A stretch of DNA of 64,000 nucleotides. It comes from Candidatus Aminicenantes bacterium. GTDB taxonomy: Bacteria > Acidobacteriota > Aminicenantia > Aminicenantales > UBA4085. The notes beneath the pieces were generated by a model, which was not told where the DNA came from, ran no database searches, and worked only from the letters and a program-made list of their open reading frames with translations. The DNA is taken from the NCBI GenBank assembly GCA_963848835.1, contig CAWKFB010000007.1, forward strand, positions 6,366 to 70,365, in the 5' to 3' direction. Shown in pieces: positions 1 through 9,716 of the stretch (position 1 is its first letter; the number at the start of each line of letters is the position of its first letter). The position numbers and the translations under genes were made by a program.

Positions 1-107
1 CCCGAGGAGCAATCCCGGAAGTGTCATTGAAGTGTCAACTACCTGACCGGCATTTAAAAAACCACAAAGGGACATTTATGTAACTCCCTGTATTGAATGA
101 CTTTAAA

Positions 108-184
108 TGGTATCCCCGAGGTGGCTCGAACACCTGACCTGCGGTTTAGGAAACCGCCGCTCTATCCATCTGAGCTACGGGGAC
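108..184 (-). tRNA. tRNA-Arg (anticodon CCT)
   Basis: The reverse complement folds as a cloverleaf: 7 bp acceptor stem with G1-U72, D arm, anticodon stem GCGGT/ACCGC, loop TTCCTAA (anticodon CCT), T loop TTCGAGC, and an encoded 3' CCA. Confidence 0.8.
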
Positions 185-345
185 ACGGTGGGAATGGCAC
201 TATATCGCGAAGGCCTCAGCAACGCAAACAGAGGTTTTTTACCCGGACTCGGACCCGGACTCATGCTTGGACACGGACCCCGACACGGCGCGGGCTTCTC
301 CTTGAGCGCGGACCGAACCCCGACTATCTTTCTTTCTAACACGCC

Positions 346-1694
346 ATGAACGAAGCCCTCAAAGTCCTGGACACGACCCTCTATCCCTTCGCGACGACGA
401 TCGACATGGAGAGCCCCCGCCTTCTGGTCTTCCGCTCGCAGGTGGATGCCGACATCGCCCGGATGCGGACCCTCCTTGAGACCTCCCTGGGGACGCTCGC
501 TGATGACCCCGCCTCCCCCGCCGCGGCTCCCGCTCCCCGTCTCTGGACAGGGGCCCAAACCGAGACCCGCACCAACGCTGCCGCGGGGCCTTCCCCTTCC
601 GAGCCCCTTCCGCCTCCTGCGCCCCCACGCCAAGACCTGCAAGTCCTCCTGGACCGTGGGCCGCATGATCGAGGCCGGGATCACCCGGTTCAAAGCGACG
701 CCCAACGAATTGACCCTCCTCCTGACGGCCGGTGTCCGGGACATCTTCCTTGCCTATCCCCCACTGCCCCACCTGGCCGAGAGGATCGCCCGGACCATCG
801 CCCTGACGAACGCCCGACGAACGCCCGGACGATCGCCGCGGACCGTCCCTCGACGGACACGCCCCTGGTCCTCCGGGCCCAGGTGGGCGCCCTGGAGCAC
901 GCGGCGGCACTGGCGGCCGCGGCCGCCCGGTCCGGCGTCACGATCGAGTACTTCCTCGACCTCAATGTGGGCATGGGACGCACGGGGATCCACGTCGCGG
1001 CTGCACTGGCGCTCTTCGATTCCATCGGCCGGCTCCCGGACTCCGCGGCGCGCCTGCGCTTCGCCGGCCTCCACGCCTACGCCGGGCAGAACCACGGCGC
1101 CACGGCGGAGGAACGCTCGCGCGAAGCGGAGCGCTCCATGGCTCTCGCGACATCCCTTGCCGGCGAGCTGGCCCGTCGCGGCACTCCGGTCCCCCGCATC
1201 GTGGTCGCAGGCACACCCGCTTTCCTTGCGGAGCTGGAGGTCCTGCGGCGCCTCCTGCCGGGCCAGGGGCCTGGCGGCACCGCCAACTCCGACCCGGAGA
1301 TCGAGGTCTCCCCGGGCACCTGGATCTACTGGGACTCGGCCAGCGAGCGCCTCCTGCCAGGTCTCTTCACGCCGGCCTGCCTCCTCTTCGCCCGCGTCAT
1401 TGACCGGCCCGGCTCCGACCGGATCACCATCGACATGGGCCACAAGCGCTGGGCCATCGACGCGGGCCCCTTGGAGATCTTCGGCATCCCCGGGCTCGAG
1501 GTGGCTGCGATCTCGGAGGAGCACACGGTCCTGCGGGTCCGGGCCCGGCGCGGGACCTGCGCATCGGCGATCCGGTCCTCGCGGTCCCCCGCCACGTCTG
1601 CCCCACCGTGAACCTTTGGGAGTCCTTCGACCTTATCGGACCCGACGGGCGCATCGAAGCGGCCGCGCTCCCCAATGACGGCCGGAACCGCTGA
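346..1694 (+). pseudogene. D-serine deaminase-like PLP enzyme (DSD1 / alanine racemase N-terminal domain family), spread over three frames
   Basis: The N-terminal alanine racemase-like segment (frame of ORF 446..1678) has the lysine motif (PHAKTCKS..GITRFKA). The middle segment (ORF 346..1611) has VGMGRTG..GLHAYAGQ and SEEH. The C-terminal DSD1 segment (frame 0, ending TGA 1692-1694) reads GDPVLAVPRHVCPTVNLWESFDLIG. There are at least 2 frameshifts plus an internal 11 bp tandem duplication acgaacgcccg at about 810-835. Confidence 0.5.
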
Positions 1695-1801
1695 GCACGC
1701 CGCACAAGCTTCACACTTCTGCGGCCCGGTTCCGGGAACATCTTCCGGCCCGGCCCCGTTGGCCGTTCGCTGCCCAGCGGCATATACTCTTCCGGCAAAT
1801 C

Positions 1802-2610
1802 ATGGCATCCAAAGACACCAAGCCAACGGGCAAAGATCCGCTCCGGGATCTCCTCGACGAGAAGTCCCTCGCCGACGAAATCACCAATGCGATTGCCGGG
1901 AACGACTGCCCCGGGGACAAGGAGCTCTTCGCCTACATCCGCAAGGAGCTTCAGGATGCGGAGCGGGTGGAGATCAAGAGCCACCTCATCTTCTGCAGCC
2001 GCTGCAAGGACCGGGAGAAGAACTTCCAGAAGGACCTGGCCTTCAAGGTCGACGAGACCAAGCTCCAGACGGACGGCAAGAGACACAAGAGTTTCCGCAA
2101 ATTCAAGCTCACCCCTTTGGCGAAGCAGCGCTCCTTCGCTCTCACGGTGACCCTGGCCGCAACGGCGGCCCTGGCCGTGGGCATCGGCTCCTACCTGATC
2201 CTCCTGTGGAGCGGCACGAGCGTCTCCTTCGGCGGGAGGTTCGTCCATGCCCAGGGGAGGGACCTCCAGCTCCACAAGAGCCAGCCCTTCCTGTTCGAAG
2301 TCCGCACCCCCCAGGCCCATCTACCTGATCCAGATCGCCATCGACGGCGACGGCCGGATCGTCTCCGGCATCCTCGCTGGCAAGGCCGACGGCCAGTACA
2401 ACGACAAGGACGACATCCAGATCACGCCGGGTGCCACGGGCGACTTCGACCTCTATCTTCATCCCCTGCGAGGCCAGCGAAGGCTTCCCAAACCGGCTCC
2501 TCGACAATATCCTGCAGTTCGTGAAGACCGAGAAATCCCTGAGCCGGTTGAACCAGCGCCGCGGGGTCGAGAATGGCCCTGAGCCTCTACCGGGTCAAGT
2601 TCATCCATGA
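1802..2610 (+). CDS. zf-HC2 anti-sigma-factor-like membrane protein (orphan, no adjacent sigma), frameshifted
   Basis: N-terminal CPGDKELFAYIRKEL..HLIFCSRCKD zinc-finger motif, one TM helix (FALTVTLAATAALAVGIGSYLILLW), then an extracytoplasmic domain. The ORF breaks near 2290 and near 2455. High GC3 supports the frames chosen. Confidence 0.4.
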
Positions 2611-2697
2611 GATCTGCCAGGTAAAGCCCTGAGCCCATCGAAAAAGCCCCCCCTGCGGAGAAGCCCCGAGCCGGAAGTCATCGATGACCGGCTGGAG

Positions 2698-3350
2698 GTG
2701 GAAAGCTACCGGGACGCCGATTTCTCCGAAGTGAACGATGGCGTCGCCCGCAGGGCTCTGCATTTGGCGGGGCCGCGAGGCCGGGCCATTGACCTGGGGA
2801 CGGGCCCCGCCGAGATCCCCGTATTCCTGTGCCGCCGGGCGCCCCTGTGGCGCGTCCTGGCCGTCAATGCTTCGCGCAACATGCTCCGCGAGGCGGCGCG
2901 GCGGGTGGCGCAGGAGGGGCTCGGCCAAAGGATCCGGCTCCTCCTGGGCAATGCGAAGAGGCTCCGCCGCCTCCCTGGAGGCTTCGACCTGGTCCTCTCC
3001 AACAGCCTCCTGCACCACCTCCAGGATCCCATTCCCTTCTGGCGCGAGGTGGGCCGCCTTGCGGGACTGGGGCGCCTGGGGGAAAGCGCGGGATGGTGAT
3101 GGTCCAGGACCTGGCCCGGCCGGCGGACCTCGCCTCGGCCCGACGCCTCGTGCGGATCCACTCCCAGGGCGCAGCGCCCCTCCTGAAGGAACTCTTCCAT
3201 CGGTCGCTCCTGGCGGCATTCACGCCGCGGGAGGTGCGCGCGCAGATCCGGGCCGCCGGCCTGGGAGGCCTGAAAGTGCGGATGGTCAGCGACCGCCACC
3301 TCGTGGTCTACGGACGGCCGGTGCGGCGCAAGGACCCGCGCAAGAAATAA
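2698..3350 (+). CDS. class I SAM-dependent methyltransferase, frameshift near 3080
   Basis: Glycine-rich SAM-binding motif (AIDLGTGPAEIP), D/E-loop, and FDLVLSNSLLHHL motif. The C-terminal half continues in the frame of ORF 2829..3350 (MVMVQDLARPADLA..SLLAAFTPREV..VSDRHLVVYG). The start may lie upstream of 2698 (frame open from 2635). Confidence 0.55.
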
Positions 3351-3462
3351 CCTACCTCGCCGGTTACAATACCCCCCATGGTTCGGACCAGTCGCCGAAG
3401 ACCACACCCCCGAGATCTTCCATCCGAACCCGGAGCTACTCTCCAAGGATGTCCGCGCCCCG

Positions 3463-4273
3463 GTGCCCCTGACGGCGAACTCCCGGCGGCTTCTCCAGGG
3501 AACGGTCCGTCTCCTCCTGAACCAGAGCCAGGCGGCGCCGGAAGTGGTGGAGCCCGCGGCCACCTCGGGCGGAGGCCTCATACACGCCTGTCGGTTCATC
3601 CTGGGCGCCAACCGCCTGGTCACGGCACCCCGCGGCGAGCTTCCGGGAGCGGTCCGGGCCATGCTTTGGGCCTGCAAGGACATCCAGGGAGCCAAGGACG
3701 CCATCTACAGCCTCGAGCAGTCCTGCCCGGGCGGGCCCGCCACCCGGAGCGCCGAGGGATTCTCCCGATTGAAGGACTACATGGCCGTCCTGGAGCCGCG
3801 CCTGGAGGAGCATGGGCTTCCCGGTCCGCATGGACCTGGACCGCTTCGGCATCCTCCAGGTCCACCTGGACGAGGCCTACGACCAGATCGCCCTCCAGCT
3901 CCAGATCTTCTACAAGGCCGTGGCCCAGCGCAGCGATCTGGCGCAGTTCCAGCGGTTCGCCCGGGGATTCGCCCGATCCATGGGACGGGAGGTCATTGCC
4001 GATCTCGTCCTGGGCCTCGGCGCGGGGCCGGGCAAGGAGCGCACAGGGCTGATGGCGCTCCTGCCGGAGCTCGAGGTGGAGTTCGGTCGGCTCGGGACCC
4101 GGCCCGGCAGGCGCGCCGAGCCCGGGCCGACCCGAGCCGGCCCGGGCTGGGATCGGGAGCGGCAGGAAGCGGAGGCGCTGGCTCTCGGCGGCCAAGGCGA
4201 AGGCGGGCGAGAAGGCGACGGCGTGGCGACGATGTCGCCCTGTCGCACAGGACGCTCAACAGGCCCCAGATGA
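3463..4273 (+). CDS. hypothetical protein, frameshift near 3815
   Basis: Two plus-strand ORFs (3463.. and 3812..) have very high GC3 and read through as one protein (..RLKDYMAVLEPRLEEHGL / MDLDRFGILQVHLDEAYDQIALQLQIFYKAV..). No recognisable domain. The 3' end is uncertain and could be about 4090. Confidence 0.35.
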
Positions 4274-4289
4274 GGAGCTGGAGCCCGGT

Positions 4290-4525
4290 CCTATGACGAC
4301 GTTTTCCGTCCCGCATCCCTCCCGCTCCGCGATCAGGCGCCGAGGCGCGGCAGGCCCGCGGCCGATCCGTAGCCGCCCGGGCCGACCTGGCGTACGAAGC
4401 CACGGCCCGCTCGACGGCCGCCGCCGGCGCGGGAAGGTTCGTGTTCCCGATATTCAGCCGGACGATCGTCCGGCCCTCCTGTTCCATCCGGAGCGCCCTT
4501 TCGGCCAAAGCATAGAAGCTGATGA
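4290..4525 (-). pseudogene. class I/II aminotransferase N-terminal fragment (aromatic/histidinol-phosphate aminotransferase-like)
   Basis: Reads IVRLNIGNTNLPAPAAAVERAVASYA, then after a shift YGSAAGLPRL(R)RLIAEREGCGTENVVIGPGSS, the classic Y..GlpeLR.aIA motif. The remainder of the gene is not recoverable, because the overlapping plus-strand CDS has the better GC3. Confidence 0.35.
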
Positions 4526-4527
4526 TG

Positions 4528-5555
4528 TCACTCCAGGTTCTTCCGCAGCCGGCCGAAGAGCTTCCGGGCCTCATCGTGATCGCGTCCCCTGATGACGTGC
4601 TTCAGATATTCGAGGTTGGCCGTCACCTTGTCGAGCTGGGGGAGCGAGCCGGGATTGAAGAGGATCTCGGCCAGGAGCTGGTCGTCCTCGGCCAGCAGCC
4701 CGCGGGCGATCTTGAGGTGGCGGGAGAACGTGGACCCCGGAACGACCGTCTCGTCGACGCCGGTGGCGAAGACGAGCGAGGCGACGAAGGGCGCGGTCAG
4801 CGAATAGGCCATCATCCGATCGTGCTCGGCGAACCAGTATTCGAAGACGCGAACGCCCAGCCGGCCGAACATCGAGCGAAAGGGCGCCGTCCCCGCGGCG
4901 TCCGATTCCGAGATGATCACGGCGTTCTCGTTCCGCAGGGAATCCATGTCCGCGAACGTCGGCCGCGAACATCGGATGGAGGGAGGCGAACCGGAACCGC
5001 GCAGCCGGCGTGATACTCCGGCAGGGCGCCCTTGATCGAAGCGACGTCGACGAGGAGACAGCCCGGCTCGAGCCGGGGCACCGCCGCGCGGAACGCGTCG
5101 ACGGTACCCGAGAGCGTCACCGCGTTGACGACGCATCTCCGGGCGGAATCCGGCCAGGTCCTCGAGCGCCGGAAGGATCTCGGCATTGCGGACGGCTTCG
5201 GCCCTGTCCCGCCGGACGTCATGAACGGCGACGGAGTTCTCCGCGCCGAGTTCCCGGCCAGCCAGGCCCCCATCTTTCCCGCACCAGAATGGCGATCCTC
5301 ATATGTTTTCTCCTTTTCCTGCAGTCTTCGCGATTCGGCCAGGATCTTCCGGTAGATCCGGGTCAGGGCTTCCGGATCCGCCGGCGGCCGGGCCCGCTCT
5401 CGCACCCTCAAAAGGATCGATCGCTCCCGCTCCGGATCCCGCGCCGCCTTCTTGAGCTTTCGCGTCCGGAGGGCATAGCGGAAGCGCAGGTTCAATGATC
5501 GGATGATCCGGTCGTCGAGCCCGTCGATCCTGTCCCGGAGGTCCTCGAGGCTCAT
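4528..5555 (-). CDS. tyrA: chorismate mutase (AroQ) / prephenate dehydrogenase (TyrA-like) bifunctional protein, at least 2 frameshifts
   Basis: The N-terminus (ORF 4917..5555) is MSLEDLRDRIDGLDDRIIRSLNLRFRYA, an AroQ chorismate mutase helix. The C-terminus (ORF 4528..5136) is ..FAEHDRMMAYSLTAPFVASLV..FSRHLKIARGLLAEDDQLLAEILFNPG, a prephenate dehydrogenase C-terminal domain. Confidence 0.55.
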
Positions 5556-6559
5556 GGCCTCCTCCCCGCGACTCGGGAGATCCGGCCGGCGATGAGCATC
5601 AGGTCGGCCAGGACGATCGCCGCCGCCGCTTCGACGACGACGGGGACGCGGAGGGCGAAGCAGGCGTCGTGCCGTCCGCCGACGCGGAGAACGGCCGGCC
5701 GCCCGTCTTCAGATCGATCGTCCGCTGGGGCTTGGAAATACTCGCCGCCGGGCGCACGGCCGTCCGGAAGACGATCTCGCCTCCGCCCGTCAGGCCGCCG
5801 TAGATCCCGCCCGCGTGCGCCGTCGCGGTGCGTCCCCGCGCGTCGAGGATGGGATCGTTGAATGCGCTCCCCCGCATTCGCGCCGCATCGAACCCCGCTC
5901 CGAACGCGATCCCCTTGATGCCCGGGATCGAAAAGACGGCGTGGGCGAGGAGCGACTCGGCGGAATCGAAGAACGGCTCGCCCAAGCCGGGGGGAAGCCC
6001 CGTGATCCGGCATTCCACGACGCCGCCGACCAGTCTCCTCGGAAGCCGCGGCCGCGACGGCTTCTCGGATCTCCCCTCGGCCCGTGCGGCCCGCGGCTTC
6101 GGCGAGGCGCGCCCGGACACGGGCCGGGGCGATCATTCTCTTGGCCACGACGCCCGCGGCCACGAGCGGTGCGGTCAGCCGGCCCGAAAAATGCCCGCCG
6201 CCCCGCGGATCGTTGAACCCGGCGAACCGGACCGCGGCCGTGAAATCGACGTGCCCCGGCCGCGGCGTCCGGCGGAACCTTGCGTAGCCCGCGGACCAGA
6301 CGTCCCGGTTTTCGATCCAGATGAGAAGAGGCGCGCCCGTTGCCCGGCCGGCGAACACGCCTGTTCGAAAGACCGGCAGGTCTTCTTCCCGGCGCGGGGT
6401 CGTCCCGGCCTCGCCGCTCCGCCGCCGGCCGAGATCGCGGCCGAAATCGCCCGCTTTCAGGGGCAGTCCGGCCGGGACGCCGTCGAGAAGCGCGCCGACG
6501 CCCGCCCCATGGGATTCGCCGAGCAGGCTGACCCTGAAGATCCTTCCCATCGTGTTCAT
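5552..6559 (-). CDS. aroC: chorismate synthase, 2 apparent frameshifts
   Basis: MNTMGRIFRVSLLGESHGAGVGALLDGVPAG.., RPGHVDF..GGGHFSGRLTA, then in a second frame GLPPGLGEPFFDSAESLLAHAVFSIPGIKGIAFG..AGGIYGGLTGG, and a C-terminus HDACFALRVPVVVEAAAAIVLADLML. The ATG at 6559-6557 overlaps the aroA stop. Confidence 0.75.
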   Translation of the reverse strand: MNTMGRIFRVSLLGESHGAGVGALLDGVPAGLPLKAGDFGRDLGRRRSGEAGTTPRREEDLPVFRTGVFAGRATGAPLLIWIENRDVWSAGYARFRRTPRPGHVDFTAAVRFAGFNDPRGGGHFSGRLTAPLVAAGVVAKRMIAPARVRARLAEAAGRTGRGEIREAVAAAASEETGRRRRGMPDHGASPRLGRAVLRFRRVAPRPRRLFDPGHQGDRVRSGVRCGANAGERIQRSHPRRAGTHRDGARGRDLRRPDGRRRDRLPDGRAPGGEYFQAPADDRSEDGRPAVLRVGGRHDACFALRVPVVVEAAAAIVLADLMLIAGRISRVAGRRP

Positions 6560-7794
6560 GTCTTCTCCTTCAGCGCATCGAGGTCGTCGAAGAATTCCGG
6601 ATAGGATTTCGCCGCGCATTCCGGCCCTTCGACGGCCACCCCCTCCTCCGAAGCCAGGCCCGCCACCGCGCCCGCCATGGCGATCCTGTGGTCGCCCCGG
6701 GACCGGATCGTTCCCCCGCGGAGGCGTCCGCCGCGGATCGCCATCACGTCCCCGCTGACGGTCACGTCCGCCCCGATCCTCCGGAACTCCTCCTCGAGGG
6801 CCGCGGCCCGGTCGCTTTCCTTGTGCCTCAGCCGGCCGGCTCCGCGGAGAACGCTCGTTCCCGGGCAAAAGCAGGCGAGGGCGACGAGCGGCGGGAAGAG
6901 ATCGGGGCATTCCGTCGCGTCGAACTCGAAACCGCGGAGATCCGCCCGGGCGGCTCCGGCCCGGTCCCCGGTTCGCTCCACCTCGGCTCCGGCCGCTCTC
7001 AGCGCGTCGAGAACCGCGCTGTCCGGCTGGTCCACGGGCAGGTTCGTGACGATCGTCCGGCCCGCGACGGCCCCGGCGACGAGCCAGAAAGCCGCGGCCG
7101 ACCAATCCCCTTCGACGGCATAGACGCCCGGCCGGTAGGCCTGGCCGCCCCGGACGCGAAAACGGACCGCGCTCTTGTCCGCATCGGCCGCGACTCCGAA
7201 GCGGGCCATGACCGCGAGCGTCAGGGCGAGATAGCCCCGGCTGACGGCGTTCCGGACCTCGATTTCGGAATCCTCACGGCACAGGGGCAGGGCCATGAGC
7301 AGGCCGCTCGCCAATTGCGACGTCAGCGATCCGTCCACCGCGATCCGCCCTCCGCGGAGGGGGCCCCGAATGGACACGGGGGGGAAGCCCGAGGCCGTCG
7401 CGCATTCGACACCGAGGGAGCGCAGAGGCTCCACGATCATCTCCATCGGCCTCCTCCCCAAGCTCCCGCTTCCTTCGAGCGAGAACCGCTCCGGAAACAG
7501 GGCCGCGATCGGCGCGGCCATCCGCATGACCGTCGCGGATTCGCCGCAGTTCAGGCGGCCCCCGCGGGCCCTGCTGCCGCCGCGGACCTCAATGTCTTCC
7601 CCGGCGAGCCGGACATCGGCGCCGAGCCCCGAGGCCGCCTCCATGGCCGCCACGACGTCGCCGCAGCCGCCCGCGTTCCGGATGACGCACGGGCCTTCGG
7701 CCAAAGCCGCGGCGAGGAGCAGCCTCTGTCCGACGCTCTTCGAAGGCGGCGCGGCGATGGTCCCATCAATCGTCGAGGGCGCGATGTATCTCAT
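6556..7794 (-). CDS. aroA: 3-phosphoshikimate 1-carboxyvinyltransferase (EPSP synthase)
   Basis: MRYIAPSTIDGTIAAPPSKSVGQR.. start and ~413 aa of full-length EPSPS-like sequence (LGRRPMEMIVEPLRSLG, RGDHRIAMAGAVAGL). Confidence 0.85.
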   Translation of the reverse strand: MRYIAPSTIDGTIAAPPSKSVGQRLLLAAALAEGPCVIRNAGGCGDVVAAMEAASGLGADVRLAGEDIEVRGGSRARGGRLNCGESATVMRMAAPIAALFPERFSLEGSGSLGRRPMEMIVEPLRSLGVECATASGFPPVSIRGPLRGGRIAVDGSLTSQLASGLLMALPLCREDSEIEVRNAVSRGYLALTLAVMARFGVAADADKSAVRFRVRGGQAYRPGVYAVEGDWSAAAFWLVAGAVAGRTIVTNLPVDQPDSAVLDALRAAGAEVERTGDRAGAARADLRGFEFDATECPDLFPPLVALACFCPGTSVLRGAGRLRHKESDRAAALEEEFRRIGADVTVSGDVMAIRGGRLRGGTIRSRGDHRIAMAGAVAGLASEEGVAVEGPECAAKSYPEFFDDLDALKEKT

Positions 7795-9082
7795 CGATGA
7801 TCCTTTCGGCGGCGGCTTCCGGCCCGCCGTCTCCGTCGTCGTTGCCCACGACCGCGTCGGCCGCCCGGGCATAAGCCGTGATCCGGCCGCGGAAGATCCT
7901 TTCGGCCGCTTCCGGGGACCCCTCGATCGGAAAGAGCGGGCGGCTTCCGTCGGGGATCCTCCGGCCGGCCGTCCCGGGATCGGCCGCGATCCAGAACGTC
8001 ACGGCATCGCGCTTGACGCGCTCGCCGTTCGCCGGATCCAGGACGGCGCCGCCTCCCAAGGCCGCGACGGTGTCCGTGCCGAGGTCGAGCCGCCGTATCA
8101 GCCGCTTCTCCCTTCTCCGAAAGGCCGCCTCGCCGTAACGGGCGAAATAATCGGAGATGGAGAGGCCGGTGTCGGCCGATAACCGAGCGTCCGTATCGAT
8201 GAAGCGGCGGCCGGTCCGCCTCGCGACCAGCTCTCCGATCGTGCTTTTCCCGGCGCCCATGAACCCGATGAGGGCCAATCCCGGCTTGGAGACCGGGGCC
8301 GTCGCGCTCCGCAGCGCTTCTCTCATCGCCGCCTCCGGCGCGGGGAGCCCCGTGAACAGCGCGAAAGCGGGGACGGCTTGATACAGGAGCCATTCCACGC
8401 CTGGGATGACGGTACAGCCGCGCTCGGCTGCGTCCTCGGATAGGATCGAGGCCGGATAGAGGGCGTCCAGCACGACTTGGCCGCTGTGGAGACATTCCCG
8501 TCCGATCACCCGCTCCCGGACGGCGAGGCAGGACACGATGATCTCCGCGGTCCGGACGCAATCTTCGCGACGCGCCCAGACCTCCGCGCGGCAGCCGAGC
8601 GCGCGGGCGGCGCCTTCGGCCCGGCCGGGAGTCCTGTTGACGAGAGTGACCGAGGCCCCGGCCCGGGCGAGACCGAACGCCGCGGCCCGTCCGGCTCCCC
8701 CCGCGCCCAGGATGACCGCGCGCCGCCCGCGCGGGCTTCGTCCGGCCGCCTCAAGCGCGCCGACCACTCCGTCGGGATCGGTGTTGAACCCGAACCAGCC
8801 GCCGTCCTTTCGGACGAGGGTGTTGGCCGCTCCGATTGTTCGGGCGGCGGGATCGAGCCCCGAAAGGTGCGGCAGGATGCTTTCCTTGAACGGCGAGGTG
8901 ATGTTCATCCCGGCGAGCCCGAGCCGGTCGGCCATGACGAGCGCTTCGGCCGCCGACCGGGCGGCCAGCCGGGTGGCGAGCCCGGGAAGTCCGGCGGCGG
9001 CGAATCCGGCCCGGTATATCTCCGGGCTGAGGCTGTGGAGGATGGGATTTCCGGCCACGGCGAAGATCCGGGGCTCAGGCAT
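7766..9082 (-). CDS. aroE-aroK: bifunctional shikimate dehydrogenase (N-terminal) / shikimate kinase (C-terminal) fusion
   Basis: The N-terminus MPEPRIFAVAGNPILHSLSPEIY..ITSPFKESILPHL..GAANT..GFNTD..ILGAGGAGRA is a shikimate dehydrogenase. The C-terminus LALIGFMGAGKSTIGELVARRTGRRFIDTDARL..GEAAFRRRE is a shikimate kinase with a P-loop. It is a single ORF with no intervening stop. Confidence 0.8.
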   Translation of the reverse strand: MPEPRIFAVAGNPILHSLSPEIYRAGFAAAGLPGLATRLAARSAAEALVMADRLGLAGMNITSPFKESILPHLSGLDPAARTIGAANTLVRKDGGWFGFNTDPDGVVGALEAAGRSPRGRRAVILGAGGAGRAAAFGLARAGASVTLVNRTPGRAEGAARALGCRAEVWARREDCVRTAEIIVSCLAVRERVIGRECLHSGQVVLDALYPASILSEDAAERGCTVIPGVEWLLYQAVPAFALFTGLPAPEAAMREALRSATAPVSKPGLALIGFMGAGKSTIGELVARRTGRRFIDTDARLSADTGLSISDYFARYGEAAFRRREKRLIRRLDLGTDTVAALGGGAVLDPANGERVKRDAVTFWIAADPGTAGRRIPDGSRPLFPIEGSPEAAERIFRGRITAYARAADAVVGNDDGDGGPEAAAERIIDEIHRALDD

Positions 9083-9716
9083 GTGCGATCGCCTTCCACA
9101 CGCGGACCAGGACCGCGGCCGGGACCTGGCCGGGCGCGGTTTGCCGGCCCGGGGCCGGAGCCGCGTAGGTGAAGGGAGCGCCGAGCCCGGGGGCCGCGAC
9201 GCGCGTGATGGCGCCTTTCGACCCCATCCCGATGACGATCGTCGGCCGCGGATCGTCGAGGAGGCCGAGGAGCCGGGCATTGTCCCGGCGGCCGCGGCTG
9301 CGGCAGGCGATCTTGGCGATGTCGGCGCCGGCGGCGAAGGCCTTGTTCCGCAGGCGTTCCAGGATCGCCCGGGACGGTGTGCCTTCCGTATCGTGATAGG
9401 AGATGATCACCCGGCACCGGCGGCGCTTGGCTTCCCGGATGAGCTTTCGCGACTCTTCTCCGAGCTTCTCAATTTCCACGTCGACGTAGGCCGCGCCCGC
9501 CCGGACGGCCGCGCAAAGAAGCCGCAGGCGCTCCGCTTCCGGGACGCGTCCCGGCCGGAAGGTCGCGATCCTGCGGCCGGGGCCGGAGAAGATCGTCCGG
9601 ATCCCGGCTTCCGTCAGGTCTTCGATCGCATCGAGCCGGATCTCGGCGAAGGGGCGGCCGCGCAAGGCCCGCGCGACGGCGGCCGCGGAACGTCCGGCCA
9701 GGCTAACACACAGCAT
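9075..9716 (-). CDS. aroD: 3-dehydroquinate dehydratase, type I
   Basis: 213 aa with ..VDVEIEKL..IISYHD..TPS.. type I DHQase features. Its ends overlap the neighbouring genes by a few nucleotides. Confidence 0.8.
   Translation of the reverse strand: MLCVSLAGRSAAAVARALRGRPFAEIRLDAIEDLTEAGIRTIFSGPGRRIATFRPGRVPEAERLRLLCAAVRAGAAYVDVEIEKLGEESRKLIREAKRRRCRVIISYHDTEGTPSRAILERLRNKAFAAGADIAKIACRSRGRRDNARLLGLLDDPRPTIVIGMGSKGAITRVAAPGLGAPFTYAAPAPGRQTAPGQVPAAVLVRVWKAIAHA

Noticed and set aside
2706-3704. 332 aa minus-strand ORF
   Set aside because: Antisense to the SAM-methyltransferase. Arg/Pro-rich.
3620-4195. Minus-strand ORF as a possible continuation of the aminotransferase
   Set aside because: No aminotransferase motifs (NPxNPTG, RTFSK). 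Third-position GC is clearly lower than on the overlapping plus-strand ORF.
5592-6604. Several plus-strand ORFs (89-258 aa)
   Set aside because: Antisense to chorismate synthase. Arg/Pro/Ser-rich.
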